A stretch of DNA of 64,000 nucleotides from the human T2T-CHM13v2.0 reference genome, Homo sapiens. A model generated the notes under the pieces. It had not been told where the DNA came from, made no database searches, and saw only the letters and a list, made by a program, of their open reading frames with translations. Position 1 is the stretch's first letter. Each line of letters starts with the position of its first letter. The stretch lies in NCBI RefSeq assembly GCF_009914755.1, contig NC_060926.1; one strand, written 5' to 3'. Shown piece after piece: positions 41,100 to 53,689 of the stretch. Made by a program: the position numbers and the translations under genes.

Positions 41100-41325
41100 A
41101 TTCAGAGACTGCCTGGGGTCAAATCCTGGTTCTATGACTTATTAGCTGAGTGACCTCATGCAAGTTACATAGCTTCTTTGAGACACCTTCTTCATCTGTA
41201 AAGTAGGGCTATTAATCATTCCCACCATAGGAGTTACTGGGGGATTTGATGGGATATTACGTGTGAAGCACTCAGAACAGCTCTCAGTGTTCTGGCATAC
41301 AATAATTTCTCAGTGAATGTTAATT
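41100..41325 (+). mobile_element. MIR SINE
   Basis: gactgcctggggtcaaatcctggttct...tagctgagtgacct...caagttac...catctgtaaagtaggg. Confidence 0.75.
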
Positions 41326-41601
41326 CTATCTACCCTTGTCTTTCCTTTCCTAATTTGCTGAGCAGGGGCTAGCCCATCAGCAGTACAGGTTTTATGGGGA
41401 ATTTCAGGGTTCATAAAACACAGACTGGCCCGAGTGTCTTGCTGAGGATGGACATTCCAGAAGGTTTTTTCCTCCCAGCCTATGCGCCATTCACTCTTCA
41501 TCACATTCACCTGCAGTCTTCTGTGGTGCTTCTCCCGGGAGGGTGCCAGCATCAGCCCCATTTTCTGGGAGATTTCCACAAGCAGCAGGGGAAGAAGGGT
41601 T

Positions 41602-41800
41602 TGTATTGGTTTCCAAGGGCTGCCCCAGATTTAGACTGGGAGGTCTAAATAAAACAGAAATGTATTCATTCACAGTTCTGAACTCTGGGAATTCAAAATC
41701 AAGGTGTTGTCAGGGCCATGCTCTCTCTCAACACTCTAGGGGAGGATCCTGCCTTGTCTCTTCCTAGGGTTGTGGGAAATCCTTGGCATTCCTTGGCTGA
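41602..41800 (-). mobile_element. MLT1C/D LTR 3' half
   Basis: tgtattggtttccaagggctgcc...acagaaatgtattc..tcacagttctg...aaatcaaggtgttg.cagggccatgctc...ccttggcattccttggct. Confidence 0.8.
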
Positions 41801-44720
41801 ATAGTGTTAGTTACTATTTTTTCTTTGATTCTCACCTCTTTGTGGACAACAGTGAAAATTAGAATCTTCCAAGTTTGTTTAGGTTGGAATAATGCTCTGT
41901 GTTATCCCAATACCAATTGTGCTTTTGCTCAACAGAAAGGGGGCTAAAAGAATTGTAGGTTTTATGTTCTAGGGAACTGATGATGGAATTGGCATGAAGT
42001 GGCTGCAAAACTGACCTCTTGCTTTGGGGATGGCTGCCTTATTACCAAGTGTGGTGGATTCTCCCAAATTACTTTTCAGTGTAATCTGTTCCTTTGCTCA
42101 CTGCATGGTGTCACCTGACCACTGAGATTGGCCACATGACTTCCTGTCTTTGTATCTTCATGTTTTTTCCTCTTGCCTCTCCCAGTTAGGTATTCATCTT
42201 ACTCTAATGCTGCATTGTAGTCACTGCAAGCTGAAGGCCATGGCAGCTTCTCTTTAATCTACCAGGAGTGTGGTGTTCACTGGATGCAACAGTGGCCAGA
42301 TGTTCAAAATCTGATGAGAAAAGGTATGAACTAACTACCACTGTCCAACTGGCCAAGTGAGAATGGCTTTCAATTCCCCCAAGGCTTTCCGTTCAGGGAT
42401 TCTGACAGAGAGCTCACCACCAATAGGATGCAGGAAGGCTGATAGACAAATGGCCGTCAGCCACAGAAGTGGAGAGGGACAGGAGAAACACCGCATTGAT
42501 TCTGGCAGTCACTGTGTCTTCCTAGCCTAAGCTTCAGTTTCCTCTCCTTTTATCCTGCTGGATATTTCAGCAGGACATTTGGAGTTCCAGTCCACTACAT
42601 TCTTCTGCTTCTTTTTTCTATGATGTTTTTTCTTAACCTTGTACTCCTTTTTAGAATGTGTATTTTTTTTTCAACAGTAAGAATTATCAGGCTTCGTCCA
42701 CACATATGAGTGGTATTTATGTGTGACTGTTTCCCTTAAACTAACTCTTTTCTCTTTTCTCATTAACATTCTGCCTGCCAGTTTAGGATGCTTTCCTTTC
42801 GACAGTCTCGTCGAGCTGGGTGGCTTGTCCTTAGCTTTAACCTGGTGGCATCAGCTGAAGATTGTCCTTGTCTGATCTTTCTGAATATTTTCGGTCTAAC
42901 CAATCATATTAGGTACGGAGTTATAATCCCTCATCCCCATCGTCAACCCTCTGCTTTGAAGGGAAAGCCCTTGGCATTAATCCTTCAATTATAAGAAAAA
43001 AGTTCCTCCCTCTCCACCATTTACTCAGTAGGACTGAGGGGACCTGTGGGCTACATGGCCCAGGAAGCATCTGTGCTATGAAGTCCGGGCTAGGACAGAG
43101 TGAGTCTCTTCACCTCCATGTCAACCAGCTCTCTTGGCGCATAGCTTGTCCAGAGGGTGACAGCTGCTGGTACTGCTGTCATTGCCAGCAGCCTGGGCCC
43201 TGCTGCCACCACGGCACATAAGGATGCTCCATGTCAGCCTGCCAGCATCTTCTCATTGGGCTGGTTCAAAGTGATGAGTAAGCTACAATGTGACAACCTT
43301 TTCCTCTTTTTACTACCCTTTTATCACACTGCTGCTTCCTCTACTTTTTGCCAATGAACTATTTAGGCTGAATTAAGGCTCATTTTTATTCTTCCTTCAT
43401 CCATGACAAGTTCTGCTATATCTGGATTGAAAATGCAGTACATTACTGGTTAGAGAAGATAGGACTGAATGTATTTTATGATCAATTGCACTCTGGGGAA
43501 CCATCAGAAATATTTCTCTGTCCTTCCGCCTGGCAGATTAGGAGTTATGATACAGTGCCCCCTAAAAGAGTGTGCATGATATTACCCAGGATGCAGGCGA
43601 AAGACAGAAACGTGGCAGGCACAGAGGTCCAGAGAGGAGAAACTGGTTGAATTACAAAACTTGTAAGACCTGTAAAACCTCTACGTTGTCTGTAATCACT
43701 CTCACAGCTCTTTAATTCCTCAAATCTTTAAGGAAGGTCATTCTAACTCACGTAGGTTGATGGCCTCTTGGTGTTTCTGACACCTTGGATTCATCTCAGC
43801 TGGGATGAGATTCACAGTCAAGTGCTGATTGACTCTTTGGGAAGCTGTGTGACAATTCTACTGGTGGTACTTCCTGGTTTTCTTTTAGTACCATTTGTGC
43901 ATGTGGAAATTGGGAGACCAGGTACTTCTGCCACAACTCCACACCCCTCACCACAGCCAGCCTGGCTTCTGTGCTTTCCAGCTGGGGTGAATATACTGCC
44001 TCAACTTGTTCTTCAGTAGAAAGCCTGTGCTCACCAGAGTCCAAAGACATGTGCCTGCATACATCCAGGGGCAGATGCACAGAAACAAGCATAATTGCCC
44101 ATTGGTGGTCTCAGCTGGGTCTCACCCTCACTTTTGAATCAACAGAGTTATTATATAATTCCATGTCTCTATTTCTACTTCACTGCCTGGAAACCAACTG
44201 ATACCTACGCTGATTGGATTCCCTTGCTTATGGAGAGGGGAGTCAGGCAGAAGGGATTTCAGAATTCTCACCCAACTCTATGAGCAATTCCCAGTCATCC
44301 TAGCCCTCCAGCTGCAGGTCTCTTGGCTTCCTCTAATTACCCGAAGCATTGTGTCTACTCTCTTGATTATCTTATATTATACTCAATTTTGAGGTCTGCC
44401 AGAGAAAATTATGGAGTAAGGGGGCTTGATGAAGTCTGGATATGAAAAATTTTAAAATTAGAAAGCTGCAATTTGGGGGGTTGTAAGCAGAATTTGGATT
44501 CTAGAATGGATAATGGAATTTGGTTGTGGGTCCATAATGCCTTTCCTCATTTGTTTTAGCAGAAACACATTTTGTAAGACTTAATTTGTCAGACATTGGG
44601 AGAGTACCTACCTCCTATTCCAGAATAGCTACCTCCTAAGCCAGCAAAGTGTCACAATGCTGATGCTTCCAACCAATGTTAAAAATTTTTGTTCAGTAAT
44701 TTAAGTTGGATATATTGTTA

Positions 44721-44793
44721 AATAGTAGCTTTCTGGATATTGGACATTAGGAAATTCATTTGTCCCAACTTCAATATCCAGAAAGTTGCTGTT
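44721..44793. repeat. Inverted repeat with 22-bp arms (73-nt hairpin)
   Basis: aatagtagctttctggatattg (44721-44742) versus caatatccagaaagttgctgtt (44772-44793); 19/22 Watson-Crick pairs. Confidence 0.8.
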
Positions 44794-45320
44794 CATTTTG
44801 GGTGAAATATAGATCCTTCTTTCTAAGCAGTTTCTCACAGGAGGCTAAACAACTGCAGTAGTGATACGAACTACTAGTAGGGAGATGATGAGATGAACAT
44901 CTTCATTTCATGCTGGAGAAAATACCATGATAGGAAGGTGGTAAGAGAGGCCTTCAACCTGGCCCAGAGCTGGTATTATTTAAGACCGAATAAGCCAGAG
45001 TTTGACAAATGTACTGTGGACCATTGTTATCGTGCTCAGATCTGAGCTTAGGGAGCGGAAGAGGCACAGTTGTGGGAGAGCCATGGAGTTTCCTTTGAAG
45101 GAAATCAACATTTGTACAGAATGACTTATCATATTTGCTTTACTTGTGCCACTAGTTCCTTGGGAAAACACTTCCTGTAGCCCATTTAGGGAGACTGAGG
45201 TTCCTCAAGGAAAGTTAGACATTCAAGAATCAGGACCATGGCAGCCACGGTGAAGACAGGCCAGGCTCAAATCAATGGGTAAGTGATTTTATGAGCTGAA
45301 GTCCATTTGTGCCATAACCT

Positions 45321-46092
45321 CACTCCATGTTGCTAATATTTATAATATATATTATATATATGCTAATATATGTAATATATTTTATATATATGCTAATATA
45401 TGTAATATATATTATATATATGCTAATATATATATGCTAATATATAATATATATTATATATAAATATATAATATATATTTATATAAATATATAATATATT
45501 ATATATAAATATATAATATAAATATATATAATATATACTATATTATATATTATGTATAACATATAATACATATTTGTTATATATAATATATATATTATAT
45601 GTTATATATTATATATTATATATAATATAACAATATATTTTATATATTATATGTTATATATTATATATTATATATAATATAACATAATATATAATATATA
45701 TTATATTATATATTACATATATTAGCAATATTATATATAAAATATATATAATATATATAAAATATATATAAAAATATAAAATATATATCAAAATATAAAC
45801 TATATAATATATAAAAATATATTATATATAATATATAAAAATATAAACTATATAATATATAAAAATATATTATATATAATATATTATATATTATATATAA
45901 TATATAAAAATATATTATATATTATATATAAAAATATATTATATATAATATATAAAAATATATATAAAATATAAAAAATATATTATATATAAAATATAAA
46001 AAATATATAAAATAATATAAAATATATAATATATAATAATATAATATATAATATATATAATTATATATTATATATATTAGCAACATGGAGTG
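45321..46092. repeat. Quasi-palindromic AT-rich repeat (PATRR-like)
   Basis: About 740 bp of nearly pure A/T bounded by cactccatgttgctaatat and its exact reverse complement atattagcaacatggagtg. Confidence 0.92.
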
Positions 46093-47889
46093 TATATATA
46101 ATATATATACACACACACACATATAACATCACCCCCAAGCCTGTGACAGACGAGCAATATGTATGTACAAATTCCACATTGAAATGTAAGTGGGCTGTTC
46201 TGGCTAAGATTTGCTTAACACAGAAGTTTTAAGCATGTACCAGAAAGCAAATCAAAGCTGTTCTCTAGCAAGCCCTTCATGTGCATGACAGGACTCCAGT
46301 GTAAAGCTGTGAGAACATAACTGCTACAGGCGCTATTCTTTTGTTGAAAACTATCCCATCACCATTCATGCTGTTTTTTTGGAGAAGGAGAGAATTGATT
46401 AGTGAGGCCATATTCTACTTAGTGTCTTCTGGAAATATCTGATTATCCCTACCTAAGGAATGGAATAAAAATGTAACACACCCAAATTTTAGAAAGATGT
46501 GCATTTCCCACTACCTGTTGTCTCACTGTAGGTACCTATCATGTCCTGTTGACAGAGATTTATGTGTATGTTTTATATCCCATGAAATGAGGGAAACCTA
46601 TCCCATCCTTTCTCAGCCTGCAAGTAAGAGAGGGTGAGTGAGTGAGAGAGAAAGGGAGAAGAGAAGAGAGAGAGAGAGAAAGAGATAATGAACAGGCCTA
46701 GAAAAGCATTTATCAACAGGAATAAACCCAGCGCAGGTTTCCAGAGCAGGTCTGGGCTATAAGCTGATGTCATTTTAGGGCATCTCTTAGTGGCCCTACT
46801 TAAAAGCCATCTAATTTTCTCATTATCTCATTCCCAGAAGTGTCTTTGCTTCTGTCATTAACACTTCCCACGGCTGCTTCTAATCATGTTCACAATATAT
46901 TTTCGAAGGCCAGTTGAACGTGCCTTCCTATTGCCCCCTTGTTGTCACCTCTACTCTTTGGACAACATTCTATCATGGCACCAGAAATCAGGAGCTACTG
47001 GTGATGGAAACTGATGTCTTCAATTCTTGCTGAAGTAATGAAAACATGACGCAGACAATCACTTACTATCAAGATGCTCCTGCCCCGCCTAATCTCACTC
47101 CACCTATCCAACCTTACTTCTCCCAGCTCTTCTGCTCAGACTCCACATTGCAGCCAGCCTCTCCCTCCTCCCGCATGCCCGACTGTAAATCAGACTGTAA
47201 GTAACTCTCCTGATCTTCAATGCCCTTTTTATTTCCCCACCAAAAGCTCTCACATGAGTTTGGGCCCAAATCAATTATCTGCTCCTTGAAACTTTCCGGA
47301 TCGGTCTGTCCTCAAAGAGCTCTCTTTTCTCCTTGCTATACCCTTGGAGTTGCTAGTACCCAATCAGCACTTAATCAACCACAGCCTTGCCTTATTACAC
47401 GGCTTATGCTTGTAATTAGCCCTTTCCTTCCTAACCTAGTCACAAACTTCCTGGAGGCAAAGAATAAAGGTTTAATTCACATCTAAAACACACAGCAGCT
47501 AGCGTCACCCCAAGCCCTTGACAGAGGAGCAATAAATCCACCTCAAATAAATTGCTATTTGCTTGTCCAGAGAATGGCTCAACAGGCTCATGGAAGTTAA
47601 TGTCAATTTGGACCAACTAGTTAAACACAGGTGGGAGGCCATTGACTGCCTTTGTCTCAGGATGGCTTTCTGAAATAGACTGAGTCGGTGGGGTCACGCA
47701 TGAACACCACCCCCTCCTGGGCTGTCCCGATAGCATGTCAGTCAGTAAATGTCTGGTGAATTAGTGGAACCAAATAACAGACGCCACATGAGAGGAGAGT
47801 CATAACCAGTGGCTCCTGCCAGTTCAGAATTTGGGAAACCTGGACCAGCGAGAAACAACTGACAGGTTGTGGGGATTGAGCACCTTCCT

Positions 47890-48470
47890 AACAGGAGAGG
47901 ACGCATTCGAAATTGGTGCAGAAATTTGGGAAGACATTCCACAATATCAATGAAAATTTAAAATACGGATATCTTCTCACCCCATTTCATGTCTCAGTGT
48001 CTTTCTCAAGATAAACTCATATGAGCACACAGGAGCCACGTGTCAGTACATTTACACCAGTCAAAATTTGAAACAGCGTAAAAGCCATCAATAGGGCCAA
48101 TGCCAAATAAATAACGGAACATCCATATGAGAGAGTATAATGTAGCTTTTTCTTTTTACTGAGGCAGAGCTTTACAAAGAGATGGAGAAGACAAATTCTT
48201 AAAAAAATGTATAGAGCAATACATACGGTATTGTATAACTTATTTAAAACACAAAACTATCCACCTCCCTGACACACATGTTCTCTGTATACATTTTCAT
48301 AAATGTAAGGCACAGAAATGTCTCCAGAAAAATTCAAAGCACATATTCACAGCAGTTGTGTCTAGAGCCAAGTGTGGAGAGGGATGGACCACAGAGAACT
48401 GTAGCTTCATCTACAGGATCTTCATATCTTAGAAGAAAATGTCTTCACATATCTACAATGTTAATTAAGT
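47890..48470 (+). mobile_element. Old L1ME-type 3' fragment
   Basis: aaaatttgaaacagc.taaa.gccatcaataggg...aaataaataacggaacatccata; very degenerate. Confidence 0.45.
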
Positions 48471-48599
48471 AACTCTGAATAAAACAGCCGAGGCAGGATT
48501 CAAATTTGGCTTCAGTCTGGCATCAGAGCTCATGATTTAGTTACGAAGTTATCATGTTTTAATTACATAGGTCAAACCAAGTGATAGAGTCATTTAAGG

Positions 48600-49050
48600 A
48601 AAATAGAAAATAGAGAGATGGGAAAGATCAGGTGTGATGAGGGAAGGAGCTACAGAATGGGTGGTGTCTTGATTGGGTTTTGGAGGATGAATAGGAGTTT
48701 TACAGGAGGAAACAATGAAGAGGTGTATAGCTTACACTGGAAGTGGGAAGTCAGAAAATGCCCAGAGACTGAGTGTTGGAGGAGCCACAGGAGATATATA
48801 TAAGTGATTGAGCATGTGAGAGGGAGTGGGAGGTGAGTGCTGGGAAGCACTGGGGCTGGGGAGCAGGAATGGTGGGATCACAGGATGGAGGGTCTGTGCT
48901 CTGAGTAAGTGGTTGGGATTTGAGCTTAGACAATAGGAAACTGAGAAAAGTTTTAAGCAGGGGAGTGGGTGATCTTATTTGCCTTTATTTGCTTAATGAA
49001 GTAGAGGACTGATTAGCTCAGGAAAAGACTAGAGACAAGAGGACTATTTG
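48600..49050 (-). mobile_element. L2 fragment
   Basis: ggttttggaggatgaataggagttt...aggaaactgagaaaagttttaagcaggggagtg. Confidence 0.55.
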
Positions 49051-50736
49051 GTGTTGGGTATTCTAAGCCTGTATCTATGCAGGCCAAAGCAAGCAGAATT
49101 CTGGTGAATTAGCAGAACCAAATAACAAATTTTTCTCATTTTTCAGTTTCTCAGGAATTATACCATTTTATGCTTAAATGCTCCCTTTACATAGTCATTG
49201 TAGACATAGCTTGTGGGATGACCTGTAGAAATTCCCAAAGTAAATGAACTCAGTCATCAGAGAGGACTCATGTGAAGGCTTGCTGTTCTCATCCTTAGTG
49301 ACACCTAATGCCTTCACAGGAGCAGGGGGCAAATCTTTACATTTTACAATAGGCAGTGATCAGGAAATAGTCATGTCTGTCTTTGTATCCTGAACTCTTA
49401 TATTCAATTCACTGCACTGGAGACAGATGTAGGAAATGGGAATCTTGTCAAACAGACCGCACTGTGGGCAGGAGAAGTGATCCTTTCCAATGGCATGCAT
49501 GCTGTGCACATGGAGCACTGAGATTCAGAGTTGTAAAGCAGCCACCTCTTGCATTTGTCTAATCTTGGTTCAATAATTTGCAAAGAGCATTCCCATGCGT
49601 GATCTCATCTGAGTTAGGTGAGAGCTGCCATTTGCACCTCTGTCATTGGGACCAAAATACTTTGTGACTTCACTCAGCAGCTGGCAGAGGGTTGTGAGGA
49701 GCTCAGCTATACATGTGGCTAGAAGAGTGAGGAGGGGACTCTGGAACTGTCTGTTTACTCAGAGAGAGGAAGGGCAGCTATTGCTGGTGAGCGAGAAAGA
49801 TGAGCAAAGTGTGGAAAACTGTCAAATGGAAAACTCCAGGGGCTCCTTATGCCATTCTGTGGTGCATCTCTTTAACCATAACTCACTGAGATGGAAGGGG
49901 AGGGGAAGGCGCTCTGGTTCTTGGGGAGAAAGGTGATTCTGCTTCCATGTGAAGTTTTGATGTTTAACAAATTCAGCGTTGTTGTTGTTATTTTCAACCA
50001 GATCTGATTCTCTCTGCTGTAATTATTCTGGTTTGATTTCTTCTTCAAGATAATATCCTTTGGAAAACAGAAGCTAAATTATTAGGTTCTCCCAGATCCC
50101 TTTTCTAGGTAAATGTTTATATCTGATTCCTCATGGCATGTGTAGTACAAATAGAAATCGGGGATGCAAGTCGAAGCCAAAAAGAGAGACTAGAGCCTGG
50201 GCCCCTTGAGGGTAGGGAGGGTCCATTCTCATCTTGGTATTCCTTGCACAGAGCCCAGTACCCAGTACATTTTTGCTTAATGCCTTTATTCTATATGGAA
50301 AATGAATGAATGCAGAGAGAGACAGAGAAGAGAGAGAGAGATAGAAAGAGAGAAGTTAATCAGAGGTTAGAGAACAAAGATATCACATGTTTAAGCTTGC
50401 AATGCCTTTTTTCCTACAAATTCCCACTCTCTAAAAGGATTGTCTCATTTATCACTATTGTCTGGATTCTCCAAATGCAATCCATGCAATGGAGGAAAAC
50501 AAGCCCAACATAACACAGTCCCTCCTCTGAACACTCGAGCCAGGACTAGGAATCTGCACATATCACAATTTTTGGCCTTCAGAAGTGGAATGCCCAGTCT
50601 GCCCATATGCCTTCCTAGTGTGGAGGATGTATTGCTGTCAAGAGCCAACACTGCATACCTCTCTATGAAGAGGAGGAGTCAGGAGACCCATTTGTCCTCG
50701 TTGACTCGAAGGTGGAATCAGAATGATGGGTTCTTT

Positions 50737-50830
50737 GGGAGGTACAGGTTGCAGTGAGCCGAAACTGCGTCACTGCACTCCAGCCTGGGTGACAGAGCAG
50801 TACTCCATCTCAAAAAAAAAAAAAAAAAAA
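50737..50830 (+). mobile_element. 5'-truncated Alu (last ~75 nt of the right arm plus poly-A)
   Basis: gggaggtacaggttgcagtgagccga...ctccagcctgggtgacagag...ctccatctc then A19; perfect 17-bp TSD agaatgatgggttcttt at 50720-50736 and 50831-50847. Confidence 0.97.
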
Positions 50831-51536
50831 AGAATGATGGGTTCTTTCCAGGGCAAGTCAGGACAGGACTGAGAGAATGTAGGGAATTTCCTTGAGGAAG
50901 TGACCACTGCATAAAGATGGACTCTACAAGATCCTTGCGACTTCTTCCATGTCTAAATTCTGATTTGGAATTCTTGGAGCTCTTTCCCCAGAGAACATAA
51001 ACAAAGCTTAAAACATCTCTAGAGACTCTTATTTTGCAAAGGGCCTTCAAAATCTGAAGCTAATTCCTTTGAATTTCTTTATTGGTGAAATATCTTCCTC
51101 TCCTTTGGGTGAGATTTGATTTTGGAGCGGAAAAAGTCATGAAGAACCAAAGTTGATGAGTAATATTAATGACCGAGCTGTGAGTGGCACTTTTGAGAAA
51201 AACAAAGTGTGTCTGTGTGTGTGTGCATGTGTGCACACACATACTCATTTTTTAACTCTAGTGGAAGGTTTTGAAAAATAGTTTGAGCCATAGCACCCAA
51301 GGAAATATATATGTGTATAGTACATATATATATAGAGAGAGAGAGAGAGCTTTCCATATGAGATTGAAATTTGGCATTTATTTGGGTGAATGCATGATTT
51401 AAAGAAAAATTTGTCTCATGACCCAGGTAGAAGCACCAGGCCACAGGGGTGACCACAGGATCAATGATTCCGCACACTTAATGGAGACATATCCACTTAC
51501 ATTACATGTTCATGCATGGAAATTGACAACCATGAA

Positions 51537-51836
51537 TTTTTTTTTTTTTTTTTTGAAACTGAGTCTCACTCTGTCGCCCAGGCTAGAGTGTAGTGGTTTG
51601 ATCTCGGCTCACTGAAACCTCTGCCTCCCAGGCTCAAGCAGTTCTTGTGCTTCAGTCTCCCAAGTAGCTGGGATTACAGGTACGTGCCACCGCACCCTGC
51701 TAATTTTTGTATTTTTAGTAGAGACGGGGTTTCACCATGTTGGCCAGGCTGGTATGGGAACTCCTGGCCTCAAGTGATTTGCCCGCCTCACCCTCCAAAA
51801 GTGCTAGGATTACAGGCATGAGCCACTGCACCCAGT
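51537..51836 (-). mobile_element. Alu, AluSz/Jb-like, full length
   Basis: T-tail followed by the antisense dimer with ctcctggcctcaagtgat and ggctcaagc. Confidence 0.95.
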
Positions 51837-51938
51837 GCCGTCCTTCTTTTGAATGGGACCAAGACACTCTTTCTCTGACACCAACAAATTTGCTGTGTAA
51901 GCCTACCTCATTGAACCTTCCTTTTCTGTGAGTTTCAA

Positions 51939-51967
51939 ATATATATATATATGTATATATATACACA

Positions 51968-52012
<45 letters not shown>

Positions 52013-52020
52013 GTACACAC
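51939..52020. repeat. Compound (TA)n(CA)n(TA)n microsatellite
   Basis: Seen directly. Confidence 0.92.
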
Positions 52021-53689
52021 AAATTGTGAAAGCCCTAAAGAAAATCTTAATAATGAGGAGAGGAACGAGTACAATTTAATAGCTTCTTCTCTTTGCCTTT
52101 TTCACATCCCATTTTCTTTTCATCAATGAATGCCAAACTAGGTTAGATTATTATTACATTTAATATTAATTCCTGACTTTCAGTTCTTGCATTCTATATT
52201 GGATATAGAACTGTGTTTGCTCAGGGAAAATGGGTCACAGATTGCTAAACTAGCTCCTCACCATGCAGTGGTTAAGAGCTGTTTGTTTTTCAAATACCTT
52301 AATTGTATGGTCTACCAGAAAAGAGCAGCACTGAAAATTATACCTCTGGACTAAATGCAACCAGATGGACAAAAACAACAAGGCATTTGAAAGAGATAAA
52401 TGCCCCACAATCCCCCTGTGGTTGATTTTATCGCCAGTTAATTTCATAATGGCTTCTACTGGAGCAGGGGGATATTCCCCGGGGGTAGGAGTAGTCCCTC
52501 AGCAAAAACTAGGCAGTTTCCAGAGGGAGGGTCCTCTTTGCTTCTACTTGGATAGAATTGGAATAAATGTTGGTTTGGGGCTGGGGTGATGGGTGGAGCT
52601 GCTGGGAGAGTGGAATTCTAAGCCCAAGAGCAGTAACACATCCCTCTTCGTTTTATGCTTCTTGTTGGTTTGCATTTTGCAGTGCCTTTTGCTAGCTACA
52701 AAGCAAGGATTTTAGTCTGGTGTTGGTGACTAGAGGTGGCGAGGTAAGAAAAATAGAATTAGGTGATCTGTTTGGTCATTGACAGGTTAAAGTTCCAGAA
52801 GCCACAGTTGTTATTAGAAGAATATTCCATGTTGGGTGGAGGTACTGTGGACTCATCAATGGACTTAGGGCAAGGCTGACCTTGGGATCTTTGTTCCTCT
52901 TCCCAGGACAATAGTGTCTAAGCTAAAACTCAGGCCTGTGGGTAAGCCTTGAGATCTGGGCAACCAGGCTGCTGGACTGTTTTCAGGCCATAAGTGGTTA
53001 TTATACATGATTTCATGTAGTGTATAATAAACATATTGGATTCAGAGTTGGACAGTGAAGGAGATGTGGGGAGAAAGTCCAGAAAGAAATGTAGATTGAA
53101 GACCTCATTGACCCTCTTTGTATCAAACAGCTTTGATTGTCTAGGGTTGGTTGAAAAATCTCGTCATTTGGGAAAAAAGTTATGCCTCTCCCAACTCACC
53201 CTTAACTCTGCCACCATTGCCACCAACAGAAAGTCTGAACATGGAAGACAAGGAAATTAAGTTGTTCTAAGCATCTGTGTTAAAAATAAGAAAATCAATG
53301 AGTTGAGACTGTGAGGCCTGAGCTGTCTCGCAGCTTAAGAGTTCGGGAGAGTTAAAATAAAATGTTCATGTCATTAACATTTATTTCTCTTTCCTTCTAG
53401 AACAGTCTTGCAGAGTAGCCTTTGGGTCTCTATGCTTATGCAATTTAATAGTCACAAGTCTCCAGTGATGACCCCATGTAAACTCCTCGTTTCCTTCAGG
53501 TCTTTTCCTTTCTCTGAAATCCCCCTCGATGTCCTTGCTCACGAGTTCTCCTCCACCGAAAACTTATCAAACTGTACACTTTAAATATGTTGACTTTATT
53601 GCATGTCAATTATATCTCAATAGTTTTTTAAAAAACCTCTGACTATTTAGTCTGGTCTTGTGTGGGTCACAGTCTTCTAAGAGACTTAT

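Noticed and set aside
43549-46947. CTCF-like cores (cagtgcccccta at about 43553; tattgcccccttgttgtca at 46929-46947)
   Set aside because: Both lack the conserved CC dinucleotide of the motif; too weak without ChIP data.
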